A stretch of 64,000 bases of DNA from Novosphingobium sp. (GCF_027489515.1 NZ_JAIXZS010000083.1:123686-187685), one strand, 5' to 3'; positions 17,499-28,473 are shown, numbered from the stretch's first letter. Numbers and translations: made by a program. The notes: generated by a model from the letters alone, not told the origin.

Positions 17499-18437
17499 TT
17501 ACTTGTTCCCTTCTTGTGGCGCAGGCGCTGCGCTGGCGGTTGCCACAGGCTTTTGCCAGACGCGCACCCAATCGATCAAGAAGCGCTTGGGAAAATTGGT
17601 GTTGGCGATACCCTTGAGGCCGCGCGATTCCGCCAGACCCCCGCCGAACGCGAGATTGAGGATAAGGTGAAAGGGCTGATCAAATGGCGCGCCGGGCGTG
17701 GCTGAGCCTGATGTCCACCATTCGCTACGCTGGCGCACGGCATAGGTCTGGCCGTCGATCTGCCAGACGATCTGATCGCCCCGCCATTCGATGGCGTAAG
17801 TGTGGAAGCCCTTCAGCACTGCGGGTTTGTGGACTTCCGTGCCCTTGTGGCTGTTGCCGGGCCACGGCTTGCCGAAATGGAGCGTGCCGAGGATCGTGTC
17901 CTCCTTGCCGCCGGCGCAGGAGGCGCAAGGAACGCCGAGGTTGACGGCCTCGAGAATGTCGATCTCGCCAGAGGCGGCCCAGGTGCCGTAAGTGTCCTTT
18001 TCCGGCAGCATCCAGATCGCAGGCCAGGTACCCTGACCTTGCGGCAGATTGGCGCGCACTTCGATGCGGCCATAGCGCCAGGCGGCCTTGCCACGCGTGG
18101 TGAGGCGTGCGGAGCTGTAGTCCCGGGTGACAAGCGCACCGGGCTCGGCCGGGTTGGCGCGCTGGCTGGCGGGAAGTGCGGGGCCGGTGACGCGCTCGTT
18201 GCGCGCGGTGATGACGAGCTTGCCTTGCACAATCCGCGCGTTGCGCGGCTTGTCGGTGTAGCATTGACGTTCGTTGTTGCCGCCGCCCCAGCAATCGACA
18301 TCGAAGCCCCACTTGGCGGGATCGATCGCCGGGCCGGTGAACTCGTCGGACCAGACGAGTTGCCAACCGGGCCCAGTGGGCGCAGCCAGCGCGGGAAGCG
18401 GTACGGCCAGTACGGCGAGGGCGAGCAAGTGCCGCAT
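17499..18437 (-). CDS. GH16 laminarinase-type endo-beta-1,3-glucanase
   Basis: WSDEF, YGRIEVRA, WPAIWML, catalytic EIDILE, FHTYAIEW, FDQPFHLILNLAFGG. Signal peptide present. Confidence 0.92.
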   Translation of the reverse strand: MRHLLALAVLAVPLPALAAPTGPGWQLVWSDEFTGPAIDPAKWGFDVDCWGGGNNERQCYTDKPRNARIVQGKLVITARNERVTGPALPASQRANPAEPGALVTRDYSSARLTTRGKAAWRYGRIEVRANLPQGQGTWPAIWMLPEKDTYGTWAASGEIDILEAVNLGVPCASCAGGKEDTILGTLHFGKPWPGNSHKGTEVHKPAVLKGFHTYAIEWRGDQIVWQIDGQTYAVRQRSEWWTSGSATPGAPFDQPFHLILNLAFGGGLAESRGLKGIANTNFPKRFLIDWVRVWQKPVATASAAPAPQEGNK

Positions 18438-19939
18438 CAGGCTGCGCGCGCTGCCTGCACGCCGCAGTACTGGGCGACATAGGCTTGGTGATCGGGCAGG
18501 CCCGCGACGGTCTTGGCGACGCTTTCGCGCAGGCCGTGCAGCAGGTGTTCGAGTTCGGCGTCCGAAAGCTTGGTCGCGACCGGGTGGTAGCTCTGCGGCA
18601 TGATGCCCTGACCCATCATGACCTGCACCCAGCTGTTCTCGACGAACAGCTCCTCGTTCTTGCGGAAGACGCGGCCCGTTTCGCGGAACAGCTCGATCTT
18701 GTGCGTGAGGCTATCGGGGATCTCCATTGCGGCGCACTGGCGCCAGAACGGGCTGTCGCGGCGGTCGGTGGCCTTGTAGTGGAGGATCAGGAAGTCGCGG
18801 ATCTGCTCCATGTCGGTCAGCTGCTGATCGTTGAACTCGGCGATGTCATGTTCACTAACTTTACCCATGGGAAGCATGCGGACAATTCTAAGAATTGCTC
18901 TTTGAATCAAATGGATACTTGTTGATTCCAGTGGCTCCATGAAGCCGCCCGAAAGACCCACCGCGATGCAGTTGCGGTGCCACTGCTTGCGGCGCGCGCC
19001 GGTGGTGAAGCGGATGAAATTGGGCTGGGTCAGCCGCTCGCCCTCGACGGTCGAGAACAGGCGTTCGAGCGCGGCGTCCTTCTCGAGATAGCGGCTGCAA
19101 TAGACGATGCCGTTGCCCTGCCGGTGCTGGAGCGGAATGCGCCACTGCCAGCCCGCATCATGGGCGATCGCACGGGTATAGGGCACGGGCGGGCGGACGC
19201 TGGCGGTCTGCACCGCGATGGCGGAATCGCAGGGGAGCCAATGCGTCCAGTCGTCGTACCCCACGTGGAGCGCGCCTTCCATCAGGAGTGCGCGAAAGCC
19301 GGTGCAATCGAGGAACAGATCGCCTTCCAGGCGCTGACCGGAATCGAGGCGCAGCGCGGCGATGTCGCCCGTTTCGGGGTGAAGCTCGACTTCAGCGATC
19401 TTGCCCTCGACCCGGCGGCAGCCATCCGCTTCGGCCAGCTTGCGCAGGAACACCGCGTAGAGGCCGGAATCGAGCTGGTAGGCGTAGTTGATGCGGTTAT
19501 CCGGCAGGTGCGCGAACCGGGACTTCATCGCAGCCTGAAGCTCGATGCAGTAGTCGTCGTAGCTCGCCTTGTGGCCGCGCGTGAGGCCGTGCATCCAGAA
19601 GTGCTGGAAGCCTGCGCTCCAGTGATCGCGCCCGGTCGTGCCAAAGGAATGGAAGTAGCTTTCGCCCGGCACCCGCCAGTTCTCGAAATTGATGCCGAGC
19701 TTGAAGGTGGCCTGCGTCGCACGCATGAAATCGGCCTCGCCGATGCCAAGCAGGCGGTTGTAGGCAACCAGCGGGGGGATGGTGCTTTCGCCCACCCCGA
19801 TCGTGCCGATGGCCTCGGATTCGACCAGCGTGAGTTCGATGGCATCACCAAGCGTGCGGGCGAGCGCGGCAGCGGCCATCCAGCCGGCAGTGCCGCCCCC
19901 GGCGACGATGATACGGCGCTTTGCGTAGCTTTCAGTCAT
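18437..19939 (-). CDS. Tryptophan-halogenase-family flavin-dependent enzyme
   Basis: GGGTAG, GVGESTIP, conserved Lys in ATFKLGI, WQWRIP, FMEPLESTS. Confidence 0.9.
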   Translation of the reverse strand: MTESYAKRRIIVAGGGTAGWMAAAALARTLGDAIELTLVESEAIGTIGVGESTIPPLVAYNRLLGIGEADFMRATQATFKLGINFENWRVPGESYFHSFGTTGRDHWSAGFQHFWMHGLTRGHKASYDDYCIELQAAMKSRFAHLPDNRINYAYQLDSGLYAVFLRKLAEADGCRRVEGKIAEVELHPETGDIAALRLDSGQRLEGDLFLDCTGFRALLMEGALHVGYDDWTHWLPCDSAIAVQTASVRPPVPYTRAIAHDAGWQWRIPLQHRQGNGIVYCSRYLEKDAALERLFSTVEGERLTQPNFIRFTTGARRKQWHRNCIAVGLSGGFMEPLESTSIHLIQRAILRIVRMLPMGKVSEHDIAEFNDQQLTDMEQIRDFLILHYKATDRRDSPFWRQCAAMEIPDSLTHKIELFRETGRVFRKNEELFVENSWVQVMMGQGIMPQSYHPVATKLSDAELEHLLHGLRESVAKTVAGLPDHQAYVAQYCGVQAARAA

Positions 19940-20967
19940 TGGCTGAGGGTCCTTAGCAGGAAGGAGCGGAGGCGGCCGGCGGCGGCCGGATCGAGCGGAT
20001 CCAGAATGCCGCGCCCGCCTTCGGGAATGTGGTCGGTGACATCAGGTCCGTTCTCGAACACGTAGTAATCGAAGAGCGCGCGCCAGATCGCCTTGTCCTC
20101 GCTTGGCAGATCGCGGATCGATAGGATTGCGTGGTTGAGCGCATCCTGCGGCTGGCCAAGCCAGCGCGGGGTATCGCGCCACCAGTAATTCATCAGAATG
20201 TTGAACGGGGCGAGCCCTTCGACATGGTGCCACCACATCGAGGGGATGAAGAGCGCGTCGCCGGGTTCCAGCACCGCAACCTGCGCGTGGGCGAGCGCCT
20301 CGGCAAAGCGAGGGTGCCGATCGAGATCGGGCGCATGGAAATCGACCATCGAGACCGCGCGGCCCGCCGGCGTGTTGTCGATAGGGCCGAGGTGTAGACC
20401 CGCGAACTGATCGGGCGGGAACAGCGTGAAGCGGCGGCGGCCGGCGGCGCAGCAGGCGAGATTGTCCGGAAAATCGTTGTGCGCCGCGATCCGGGTCGGC
20501 GTGCCGATCCACAAGCTGATGACGGGCTCGCGCCTGCCGAGATCGAGGGCGTTTTCGGCGGCGACGGTGGTGAAGTGCGTCGGCACGTCGATCGAGCCCA
20601 TGTAGATCGCGGGGGCATCGGCGCGGCCTTCGTTGGCGTCCATGCCGCCGAACACATCGGCCAGCTTGCCCCGCGCCTCGCGGAAATTCATCGCCATGTC
20701 GTCGCCGTAGAACAGGCGGCCGTCCTTGCCCGGCTCACCCAGCGAGACGGTGAAGGGAACGGGGCGGGCGCGTTCGAGAAGATAGGCGCGCGCGGTTCTG
20801 GCTGACACGAGCCCTGCCTGCACCAGCGGCCAATGGCGGACGAGGCCGCGGATCACGAAGGGCGTGCGCGCGCCCTGCAGCAGTGCATCGAGCGCGGCGG
20901 CATCGGGTGCCGCGCGCTCTTCCACCGCGGGCATCGCGGCGAATATCGAGGCATCCGCCTCAGCCAA
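19936..20967 (-). CDS. Cupin-like / JmjC-type putative Fe(II)-2OG oxygenase
   Basis: HxD...H triad (AAHNDFPDN...WWHHVE) and LEPGDALFIPSMWWH. Confidence 0.8.
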   Translation of the reverse strand: MAEADASIFAAMPAVEERAAPDAAALDALLQGARTPFVIRGLVRHWPLVQAGLVSARTARAYLLERARPVPFTVSLGEPGKDGRLFYGDDMAMNFREARGKLADVFGGMDANEGRADAPAIYMGSIDVPTHFTTVAAENALDLGRREPVISLWIGTPTRIAAHNDFPDNLACCAAGRRRFTLFPPDQFAGLHLGPIDNTPAGRAVSMVDFHAPDLDRHPRFAEALAHAQVAVLEPGDALFIPSMWWHHVEGLAPFNILMNYWWRDTPRWLGQPQDALNHAILSIRDLPSEDKAIWRALFDYYVFENGPDVTDHIPEGGRGILDPLDPAAAGRLRSFLLRTLSQ

Positions 20968-21694
20968 GGAGGACCTTGCGGTTCTTGCGCGCGATCAGGT
21001 TGCCAAACTGCGCGAGGCTGGCGAGCACCATGTAGATGCGCGCGAGATGGCCCTCGCGCATCAGCGCGGCAAGCGCTTCGCCGTCGAGGCTGGCGAGGCG
21101 TTCCTCGTGGATGGTGAGAAAGCCGACAAGCGACTGGACTGCGCCGTTGTCGAGCGTGACTTCGAGCGTGAAGGGCTCGACAAGGCCATAGGTTTCGAGC
21201 GCGGTGAAGAAGGCGGCGCCTTCCTGCCAGGCATAGTCGAGATCGCCGAGCATCGTGGCGACGGCTTCGAGATAGGGCGTAGGCGCCCCGGCATCATCGA
21301 ACACGCGCATGCCTTCACCGCGTGCGGCGATGCGGGGGCTGGCCATGTCGATGTGGACTTGCGGCGTTGCGCCCTCTTGCGCCGGGCGGCCGATGAGGAA
21401 GGGCTGCACGGCATGGGCCATGGGGCGATAGCGCGCTTCCCAGACCGTGCCCCCACCGAGGCCGGTCGCAAGGAAGAGGTTCTCGCCCGCCTCGAACCCG
21501 AACAGCGCGAGCGCGGCAAGCTTGCCGGTTTCGGCATCGCGGCGCAAAACGATGGGGTAATGCGCCTGCACCTCGCGGAATTCGGCCGGCATGGCGAGCG
21601 AGGCCATCACGTTGTCGCCGAATTCCGCGCCAGCTTCGGTCTGGATGCGAAGCTGGCCGTGATCGGTGGAATTGAGGATCTGGTGCTGGCTCAT
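20960..21694 (-). CDS. SapC family protein
   Basis: [49 protein letters not shown]. Typical companion of halogenase/TBDR loci. Confidence 0.8.
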   Translation of the reverse strand: MSQHQILNSTDHGQLRIQTEAGAEFGDNVMASLAMPAEFREVQAHYPIVLRRDAETGKLAALALFGFEAGENLFLATGLGGGTVWEARYRPMAHAVQPFLIGRPAQEGATPQVHIDMASPRIAARGEGMRVFDDAGAPTPYLEAVATMLGDLDYAWQEGAAFFTALETYGLVEPFTLEVTLDNGAVQSLVGFLTIHEERLASLDGEALAALMREGHLARIYMVLASLAQFGNLIARKNRKVLLG

Positions 21695-23220
21695 GCGGGT
21701 ATCCTGGCGGCTGCCGTGCGGGCAGCAAGATGATCGAGGTAGTCGCGCGTGGCCGGCAATGCGGCGGCAAGCGCGCGTGCCTTTGCCGCAATTTCGGCGA
21801 GGCGGGCAGGCGCGGCGGGCTGGCAGCCTGCAAGCGGAACGGGCATGCCCATGCCGTGCAGCACATATTGCTGGCTGGCGGCGGGGAACATCTCGTCGAC
21901 ACGAGGGAAATCCCAGGCCGACGGCGCCTGCTCACGCCACAAGGCGAGGCATTCGGCCAGGCGCGGCGGGATGGTTTCAGGCGCGCGCTGGGCCTGCCAA
22001 TAGGGCTCGGTCCGCCGGCTTGGCACATAGTGGAGCTTGAGGAATTCAACGACGCGGTCCCAGCGGTAGCGGAACAGCTCGTTGAAGCGCGCGGCGTGGA
22101 TATCCATGCTTGTGCGGTTTTGCGGGAAATTGTCGGCCAGCGCTTTCAGCGAGAGCTCGATCAGCACGATCGCCGAGGCTTCGAGCGGTTCGATGAACCC
22201 GGCGGAAAGACCCACGGCGAGGCAATTGCCGATCCAGAAGCGGTCACGGTGGCCGGTCCGGAAAGCTAGCTTGCGCGGGGTTAGGGTGGCGGGATCGGCG
22301 CCGGGCACTTTGGCCGCGACATAGGCCCTGAGGATCTCCGCCGCGCGGTCATCCGAGATGAAGCGCGAGGCATAGACGCAGCCGATGCCGCGGCGGGTGG
22401 GAAGGCCGATATCCCAAAGCCAGCCCGCCTCGTGCGCGGTGCCGATGGTCTGCGCGGCGATGGGGCTGCCGGGTTCGACCGGGACCTGCACCGCAAGCGC
22501 GCGGTCGTTGAAGGAAACGTCGGAGCGGTCGATCCAGGCGGCGCCGCATTCACCGGCAATGAGGATCGCGGCCTGGCCAGAGCAATCCACGAACAGGTCG
22601 CCTTCGAGCGAAGTTCCATCCTGCAGCAAGAGCGCAGCAATATCGCCGTTTGCTGCGCGGCTGACGCCCGTCACCTTTGCAGCAATCCGTGCCACGCCAA
22701 GCCGCTGGGTGGCGTGGCGCATGAGCAGCGCGGCAAACTTGCCGGCATCGAGATGGTAGCCGTAGTTCAGCGCGCCCGCATAATCGGGCATGGCGCGCTG
22801 GCGCGGTGCGAGGTGGGCTGCACAAACGGCATGCTGCGGGGTGATCGCCGCAGCAAACGGCCCCCCTTGGCCGCCCAACTGCCATGTGGCGGCAAGATCG
22901 CGCATCTCTGCCGCAGGCGGGGCGGTGAAGGGGTGAAGGTAGCTGTCTTCGGCCGAACCGTCACGCCATCCATCAAAGCGCGAGCCTTGCTTGAAGGACG
23001 CATCGCACTGGGTGAGAAATTCGGCTTCGGGAATGCCGATGGTCGCCAGCGTCTCGCGCATCGTCGGCCAGGTGCCTTCGCCGACGCCGATGGTCGGGAT
23101 ATCGGGCGCCTCGACCAGTGTAATTCGCTGTGCCGGAAGCCGCGCGCCGAGCAGGCTGGCCGAAAGCCATCCGGCGGTGCCGCCGCCGACGATGACGATA
23201 TGCTGGACCGGATTGCTCAT
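21691..23220 (-). CDS. Tryptophan-halogenase-family flavin-dependent enzyme (second paralog)
   Basis: ATG 23220 [26 protein letters not shown], Lys in ASFKQG, WLWDIG (variant of WxWxIP), FIEPLEASA. Confidence 0.88.
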   Translation of the reverse strand: MSNPVQHIVIVGGGTAGWLSASLLGARLPAQRITLVEAPDIPTIGVGEGTWPTMRETLATIGIPEAEFLTQCDASFKQGSRFDGWRDGSAEDSYLHPFTAPPAAEMRDLAATWQLGGQGGPFAAAITPQHAVCAAHLAPRQRAMPDYAGALNYGYHLDAGKFAALLMRHATQRLGVARIAAKVTGVSRAANGDIAALLLQDGTSLEGDLFVDCSGQAAILIAGECGAAWIDRSDVSFNDRALAVQVPVEPGSPIAAQTIGTAHEAGWLWDIGLPTRRGIGCVYASRFISDDRAAEILRAYVAAKVPGADPATLTPRKLAFRTGHRDRFWIGNCLAVGLSAGFIEPLEASAIVLIELSLKALADNFPQNRTSMDIHAARFNELFRYRWDRVVEFLKLHYVPSRRTEPYWQAQRAPETIPPRLAECLALWREQAPSAWDFPRVDEMFPAASQQYVLHGMGMPVPLAGCQPAAPARLAEIAAKARALAAALPATRDYLDHLAARTAAARIPA

Positions 23221-23329
23221 CGAAGGGCGACCATAGCGCAGATTTGCCCGTGTGACCAAAGAGAAGAGCCGCACCGCTGCGTGCAGTGCGGCCCTCTCGA
23301 TTGCAGACCTTCGTTCAGGGATGAACCTG

Positions 23330-26323
23330 TCAGAAGGAGAAGCGTGCGCCTGCTGCCCAACGCGCATAACCGGGCGCCGCGAAGAACACGGTCTGGTCGT
23401 TGCGCATGTGGCCCTTGCGATCGGCGTTGGTGATGTTGATCCCTTCGCCGAAGACAGTGACGCCCTTCTTGATCTCGTAGCTCGCGCTCACGTCCCACTG
23501 GCCGTAGGGGTTCACGTAGTACGGATCGAAGCCGTAGCCCGACAGGAACCCGGCGCGCCAGTTGTAGGCGACGCGGGCCTGGAGGCCCTTCTTGTCGTAG
23601 TAGAGCACCGCGTTCGCACTGTTGCTGATGCCGGTGACCGCGAACTGCGGGACGGTATAGCGCTTCGTGTTGTCGAACTTGGTATCGCTGCGCACCACGG
23701 TGTAGTTCACGATGGCACCGAAACCGGTTTCCCAGAAGCTGTGCTGGACCGCGAATTCCCAGCCCCAGATGCGGGCCTTCTGGTCGCTGTTGGTCGGCTG
23801 CGTGGTGATGAAGTTGACCAGCGGATCATCCGCCAGCGACTTCACGCCCGTCACGTTGCCCGCGCCGTCACGGCCGGCGACCGTCTGCGGATACTTGTTG
23901 CCGATGTAGTTGAGGATCTGCTGCGCGGTGGCATCAGCCCCGAGTGCGGCACGCGCCTCCTTGGCCCGGTCGCCAGCGGCCGCGTTGGTCAGGCCGAAGG
24001 CGGGCTGATTGACCTGCGTCTGGCTGATGTAGTTCTTCACGACCTTGTGGAAGAAGCCCACCGAGATATAGCTCGTCGGCCCGTAGTACCATTCACCCGA
24101 GATATCGACGCCCTTCGACTTGTAGGGCAGCAGGTTCGGGTTGCCGCTCGAGGCCGTGCTGCCGCCGATGCGGATCGGCGAGGCGAGCGTGGTGCCGCCC
24201 TGCATGCTGGCATAGTCCGGACGGGTGATCGTGTGGCTGTACGACGCGCGGAACTTGAAGTTCTTGAACGGCTGCATGTCGAAGTCGATCGCAGGCAGCC
24301 AGTTCTCGTACTGGCCCTTGAGCGTCACGAATGAACGCTCTGCACCGTAGATGATCGCGGTTTCGTTACCACCGGTCCACACCGTGCCCGAGGGGATCGG
24401 CACGAGCGCGCTCGAATCGACCTTGGTCTTTTCGTAACGCAGGCCGAGGCGCAGATGCGACGGCGCATCGCCCAGATCGAACGAGTGCGTCGACTGGATG
24501 TAAGGCGCAACCGTGCGTTCGCGGATCGAGCGGTCGGTATCGAACTTGGCAAGGCAGGTACCGGCGGTCTGCGCGTTGGCGCAGATGCCGATCTTGTCGT
24601 TGAGCAAGTTGATCAGGCCGGGCGTGTTGACATTGAAGTAGCTCGGAATGATCCCGCTGCCCGTCACGTTCATGCCGCTGAGATCATTGGGCAGATCGCG
24701 GATGGTGTAGAGATCGTCGGGCGTATCGGCCTTGGACAGCGTGCCGCCCCAGGTGTCGTTCTGGATGACGCCGAAGGCCGAGCGGACCTTGTTTTCGGTG
24801 TAGGTCACGCCGAAATCGAGGCTGTCGATGAACGAGGCGTCGAAATCGTAGCCGCCGCGCAAGGACGCCTCGTTGATCTCGTCACGCATGTAGGCGGTGC
24901 GGAAGGCGTTGCCGGCGGGGCGGATGTTGGCCGCGTTGATCTCGGCGCCCGGGTACATCTCGACCGAGATGACCGGCATGTCTGAGGTGAAATCGACCTT
25001 CTGGCTCTTCACGCCGAAGATCGCGCTGCCGACGGCAATGCCCGACCCGTACGGTGCGGTCGGCTTGCTTTCGGCGGTCGAGTGATGGCCGTCGAGCTCG
25101 AGGCGGAGGCCGCCCGGACCATCCCACTTGAGGTTGCCGCCGATCGAGTGGTTGCGCGAGCGGTTGGCCGCGACCGCGCCGGTGATGGCGAGGTCCTTGC
25201 CTTCGTTGGGCCCGAAGCTTTCAGCGTAGAAGTTGGGGCCGGCGGCGGGGCCATCGGTCCAGCTGCTGCTCGTCTGGTTGTGGTTGAACCACACGCCGAT
25301 GCTGTTGGTGCGCGCATCGATGGTGTTCTGCGAGAAGGTGTAATCGACCGTGGCGACGAGCGTGTCGGTCGGCTTGACCTGGATCACGGCCTGACCGTTG
25401 ATGCGCTCGCGGCGGAAGGTGGTGAAATCGTAGCCGGCGTTCTGCGTCACCTGATAGACGGTGTTCGGGCCGGGCCGGTTTTCGGTCTTGGCGAAGTTGC
25501 CGCGCCAGTCATTGGCGTCGACCGGGAGCGAACCCCAGTTGTTTTCATAGCCGAGGTAGCCTTCGCGCCAGCCGGCGTTGAACTGCGCCTGGCTCGCGCG
25601 GCGATCCTGATAGGAGCCGCTGATCGAGATACCGATGCGGTTGTCGGCGAAGGTATCGCTGATGACGCCCGAGAATTCCGGCTTCACCTTGCCGCCTTCG
25701 AACACCGAAGTATCGTAGAGTGCCTTCGCGCCGATGCTGCCGTGAAGGCCGGGGCGGTCGAGCGGACGCGGCGTCTTGATGTTGATCACCGAACCGATAC
25801 CGCCGGTGGCGAGGTTGGCGCGGCCCGACTTGTAGACTTCGACACCCGCGATGCCTTCCGAGGCGAGGTTGGCGAAATCGAAGCTGCGCGAGGCCGGCGC
25901 GCCGCTCGAGCCGCCGAGGCTGGAGGCGGGCATCTGGCGGCCGTTGAGCAGCACAAGGTTGTAATCGGGGCCGAAGCCGCGGACGGTGACGAACTGGCCT
26001 TCACCGTTGCTGCGGTCGATCGAGACGCCGGTGATGCGCTGCAGCGATTCCGCAAGGTTGGTATCGGGGAACTTGCCGATGTCTTCCGCCGAGATCGCAT
26101 CGATCACGCCGATGCCGGTGCGCTTGATATTGAGCGAGCTCTTGAGCGAGGCCCGGATGCCGGTGACGACGATGGCGGCCGGCGCGTCGTCGCTCGCAGC
26201 CTGCGGTGCGGCCGCGGGCTGAGCCGCTTCCTGCGCCATTGCCTGCTGAGCGGTGAGAGCGAGTGCGGCTGCAGAAGCGCCCAGCATGAGGTGGGCATAG
26301 GCAGGCTTGCGCGATGCTTTCAT
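23330..26323 (-). CDS. TonB-dependent receptor (carbohydrate-utilisation type)
   Basis: ATG 26323 with [37 protein letters not shown]-terminal GARFSF. Confidence 0.95.
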   Translation of the reverse strand: MKASRKPAYAHLMLGASAAALALTAQQAMAQEAAQPAAAPQAASDDAPAAIVVTGIRASLKSSLNIKRTGIGVIDAISAEDIGKFPDTNLAESLQRITGVSIDRSNGEGQFVTVRGFGPDYNLVLLNGRQMPASSLGGSSGAPASRSFDFANLASEGIAGVEVYKSGRANLATGGIGSVINIKTPRPLDRPGLHGSIGAKALYDTSVFEGGKVKPEFSGVISDTFADNRIGISISGSYQDRRASQAQFNAGWREGYLGYENNWGSLPVDANDWRGNFAKTENRPGPNTVYQVTQNAGYDFTTFRRERINGQAVIQVKPTDTLVATVDYTFSQNTIDARTNSIGVWFNHNQTSSSWTDGPAAGPNFYAESFGPNEGKDLAITGAVAANRSRNHSIGGNLKWDGPGGLRLELDGHHSTAESKPTAPYGSGIAVGSAIFGVKSQKVDFTSDMPVISVEMYPGAEINAANIRPAGNAFRTAYMRDEINEASLRGGYDFDASFIDSLDFGVTYTENKVRSAFGVIQNDTWGGTLSKADTPDDLYTIRDLPNDLSGMNVTGSGIIPSYFNVNTPGLINLLNDKIGICANAQTAGTCLAKFDTDRSIRERTVAPYIQSTHSFDLGDAPSHLRLGLRYEKTKVDSSALVPIPSGTVWTGGNETAIIYGAERSFVTLKGQYENWLPAIDFDMQPFKNFKFRASYSHTITRPDYASMQGGTTLASPIRIGGSTASSGNPNLLPYKSKGVDISGEWYYGPTSYISVGFFHKVVKNYISQTQVNQPAFGLTNAAAGDRAKEARAALGADATAQQILNYIGNKYPQTVAGRDGAGNVTGVKSLADDPLVNFITTQPTNSDQKARIWGWEFAVQHSFWETGFGAIVNYTVVRSDTKFDNTKRYTVPQFAVTGISNSANAVLYYDKKGLQARVAYNWRAGFLSGYGFDPYYVNPYGQWDVSASYEIKKGVTVFGEGINITNADRKGHMRNDQTVFFAAPGYARWAAGARFSF

Positions 26324-26385
26324 TGCGATTCTTCCCCCTGAATTCCGGCGCTTTGTCCGGTTGAGTAAGCGTGTGCCGTGTTGGT

Positions 26386-26417
26386 TGTGAACGTTCACCT
26401 AGCTGGGAACGTTCACT
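26386..26417. promoter_or_regulatory. Tandem LacI-type operators TGTGAACGTTCACC and TGGGAACGTTCACT
   Basis: Two near-palindromes with starts 18 bp apart, upstream of the TBDR. Same consensus as 15156-15169. Confidence 0.72.
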
Positions 26418-26585
26418 TCGTCAAGACGATACCGGGCGTTTTGCGCAGCAGTGGTTGCAGTTTTTGCGCAGCCCTGAGGGGCGAGCGTCAGCCGCGAACC
26501 CCAGGCCGGCCTGAAACGATGGCGTGCGCCAACGCCGCAGCGGGCGCTGGCCTAGAGCACCGCTGCAGGGGCCGCGAGTTCGGTT

Positions 26586-27515
26586 TCAGCGCTTCTCGCC
26601 AGCAAGGAAGCGTTCGAGCGGCATGAGCGCGGCGGCGGGGCTTTCCTCAAAGGGCACGTGGCCCATGCCGGGCAGGCGGACGAGGCGGGCGCCGGGCATG
26701 AGGCGCAGGTAATCCTGGGCGTTGCTGATGGGGATCATCGCATCCTGCTCGCCCCACAGGAGGAGCGTAGGTGCGGTGATGCTGCGCAAGCGCGGGGCGG
26801 GATCCGTCAGCACGGTCTGGCGAGTGCGATCAAGGATTGCGCGGCGCACGCCGGGCGCGAGCAGCATGTCGCGGTAGCGATCGAGTACGGCATCGGGGAG
26901 CGCGTCGGGGTGTGCCCATGCCGGCGCGAGATTGGCACGGATAAGGCTGCGCGGGCCGACCCACGGCATGGCCTCCAGCATGAGCGGCACTTCGGGCGCC
27001 TTGCCATATTCGAAGCCGGGGCTGGCGAAGCCGTCAGGGGAGATCAGCACGAGCTTGTCGACACGCTGCGGATAGTGCGCGGCGAACTCCCAGGCGAAAC
27101 GGCCGCCGAGCGAATTGCCGATCAACGTGGCCTTGGGGAGCGCCAGCTGGTCCATCAGCGCGGCAAGAACCGCGAGGGTGCGCGCGTCCGAATAATCACC
27201 GGTGGGATCGGGGCCGGTGAGGCCGAAGCCGGGGAGATCGAGGCGGATGACGCGGTAACGGGCGGAAAGTGCCTTGGCCCATGCGTCCCAGGTATCGAGG
27301 CTGGAGCCGAAGCCGTGAAGCAGGATCACTGCCGGCGCCTCGCGCGGGCCGGTATCGCGCAGGCGCACACGCAGGCCGAGGACGGTGCGATAGTCCGAAG
27401 GGTAGGCGGCCTCCAGCGCAGCGCGAGGCTTGTCGGGCGCGTAGAGCCACACGGCGAGGCTGGCGATGGCGACGAGGAGGAGCCCTGCTGTCCAGCGCAG
27501 GATGCGGCGGATCAT
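26586..27515 (-). CDS. Alpha/beta-fold hydrolase with N-terminal membrane anchor
   Basis: LHGFGSS oxyanion motif, GNSLGG nucleophile elbow, GHVPFEE catalytic His. ATG 27515. Confidence 0.85.
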   Translation of the reverse strand: MIRRILRWTAGLLLVAIASLAVWLYAPDKPRAALEAAYPSDYRTVLGLRVRLRDTGPREAPAVILLHGFGSSLDTWDAWAKALSARYRVIRLDLPGFGLTGPDPTGDYSDARTLAVLAALMDQLALPKATLIGNSLGGRFAWEFAAHYPQRVDKLVLISPDGFASPGFEYGKAPEVPLMLEAMPWVGPRSLIRANLAPAWAHPDALPDAVLDRYRDMLLAPGVRRAILDRTRQTVLTDPAPRLRSITAPTLLLWGEQDAMIPISNAQDYLRLMPGARLVRLPGMGHVPFEESPAAALMPLERFLAGEKR

Positions 27516-27516
27516 A

Positions 27517-28473
27517 TCAGAACACCGCGTGCTCGCCGCGATCATCCGGCGCGGCTTCGCCAGCGAGCACGGCGCGGTAGTGATCGAACAGGGTGTCGCT
27601 GCCGGTTTCGGGCGTCAACGCGGCGCTGTATTGGCCGGTCGCGGGATCGAGAACGAGCATGGATTCCGTCGCATAGTAGTGCCCGATGCGGGCAAGTTCG
27701 GCCTTGGTGGCGAGCGCGGGGACGAGGCGCGCGGCAAGGCCGAGTGTACCAGCGATGCCGCCGATGAAGCCCGGTGGGACCGAGCGGTACTTGGGCGGCA
27801 GGCCGGCGAGGGCGAAGAGTGCCTCGCCCTGATCGCGCGGGGTGATCGCAGGGCCGGGGCCGCCAATGGGAAGCACCTTGTTCCAGCGTTCGGGATCGGT
27901 GAGGCAACCGGCGATATAGGCGGCAAGATCACGGTTGCTGATCGGCTTGCAGGCGGTGAGCGTGCCATCACCGAAAAGGAGGAAAGGCTTGCCCTGGCGC
28001 ACACGCTCGATCTGGCCGGATAGTGATTTGAAGAAGGCGGTTGGGCGTACGATCGAATAGCGCAAGCCCGAGGCGATCAGCTCGGCCTCGAAAGCGAGCT
28101 TGGCCTGCTGGAAGGCGCGGAGCGGCTTCTGCACGCAGATTGCCGAGAGCAGCACGAAATGCTGCGCACCGCATCGCTCGGCGAGGGCGAGCGCGTGGCT
28201 GTGCGCCTTGTGGTCAATCGCCCAGGCATCACGCGGGACACCGGTGCGCGAGGCCATGCAGGAGACGACGGCGTCGAAATGTTCGCCGGCAAAGCCATCA
28301 TGCATCAGGCTGACCGTATCGGCAGGGTCGGCGCGGCGGAGGCGTACGCTGGGGAGGGGCTCGGCGGGCTCGTGCCGGACAATCGCGACGACCTCGTGCC
28401 CCGCATCGACAAGCGCCTGCGCGGTCGCCCTGCCGATCGTGCCAGTGGCACCGAGCAGCGCGACGCGGCTCAT
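27517..28473 (-). CDS. bciA: Divinyl (proto)chlorophyllide 8-vinyl reductase, NAD(P)-binding
   Basis: GATGTIG Rossmann motif plus DVR-diagnostic stretches VVSCMASRTG, HFVLLSAICVQKP, SIVRPTAFFKSL, FGDGTLTACKPIS, IGGPG, IGHYYATESML, matching my recollection of plant DVR/BciA. Confidence 0.8.
   Translation of the reverse strand: MSRVALLGATGTIGRATAQALVDAGHEVVAIVRHEPAEPLPSVRLRRADPADTVSLMHDGFAGEHFDAVVSCMASRTGVPRDAWAIDHKAHSHALALAERCGAQHFVLLSAICVQKPLRAFQQAKLAFEAELIASGLRYSIVRPTAFFKSLSGQIERVRQGKPFLLFGDGTLTACKPISNRDLAAYIAGCLTDPERWNKVLPIGGPGPAITPRDQGEALFALAGLPPKYRSVPPGFIGGIAGTLGLAARLVPALATKAELARIGHYYATESMLVLDPATGQYSAALTPETGSDTLFDHYRAVLAGEAAPDDRGEHAVF

Noticed and set aside
18437-23220. Halogenases as part of a pyrrolnitrin- or rebeccamycin-type biosynthetic cluster
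   Set aside because: No prnBCD, NRPS, PKS or flavin reductase genes. The context is carbohydrate uptake.
26586-27515. Hydrolase as BchO or a chlorophyllase because it follows bciA
   Set aside because: Only generic alpha/beta-hydrolase motifs are visible. Adjacency alone is not enough.
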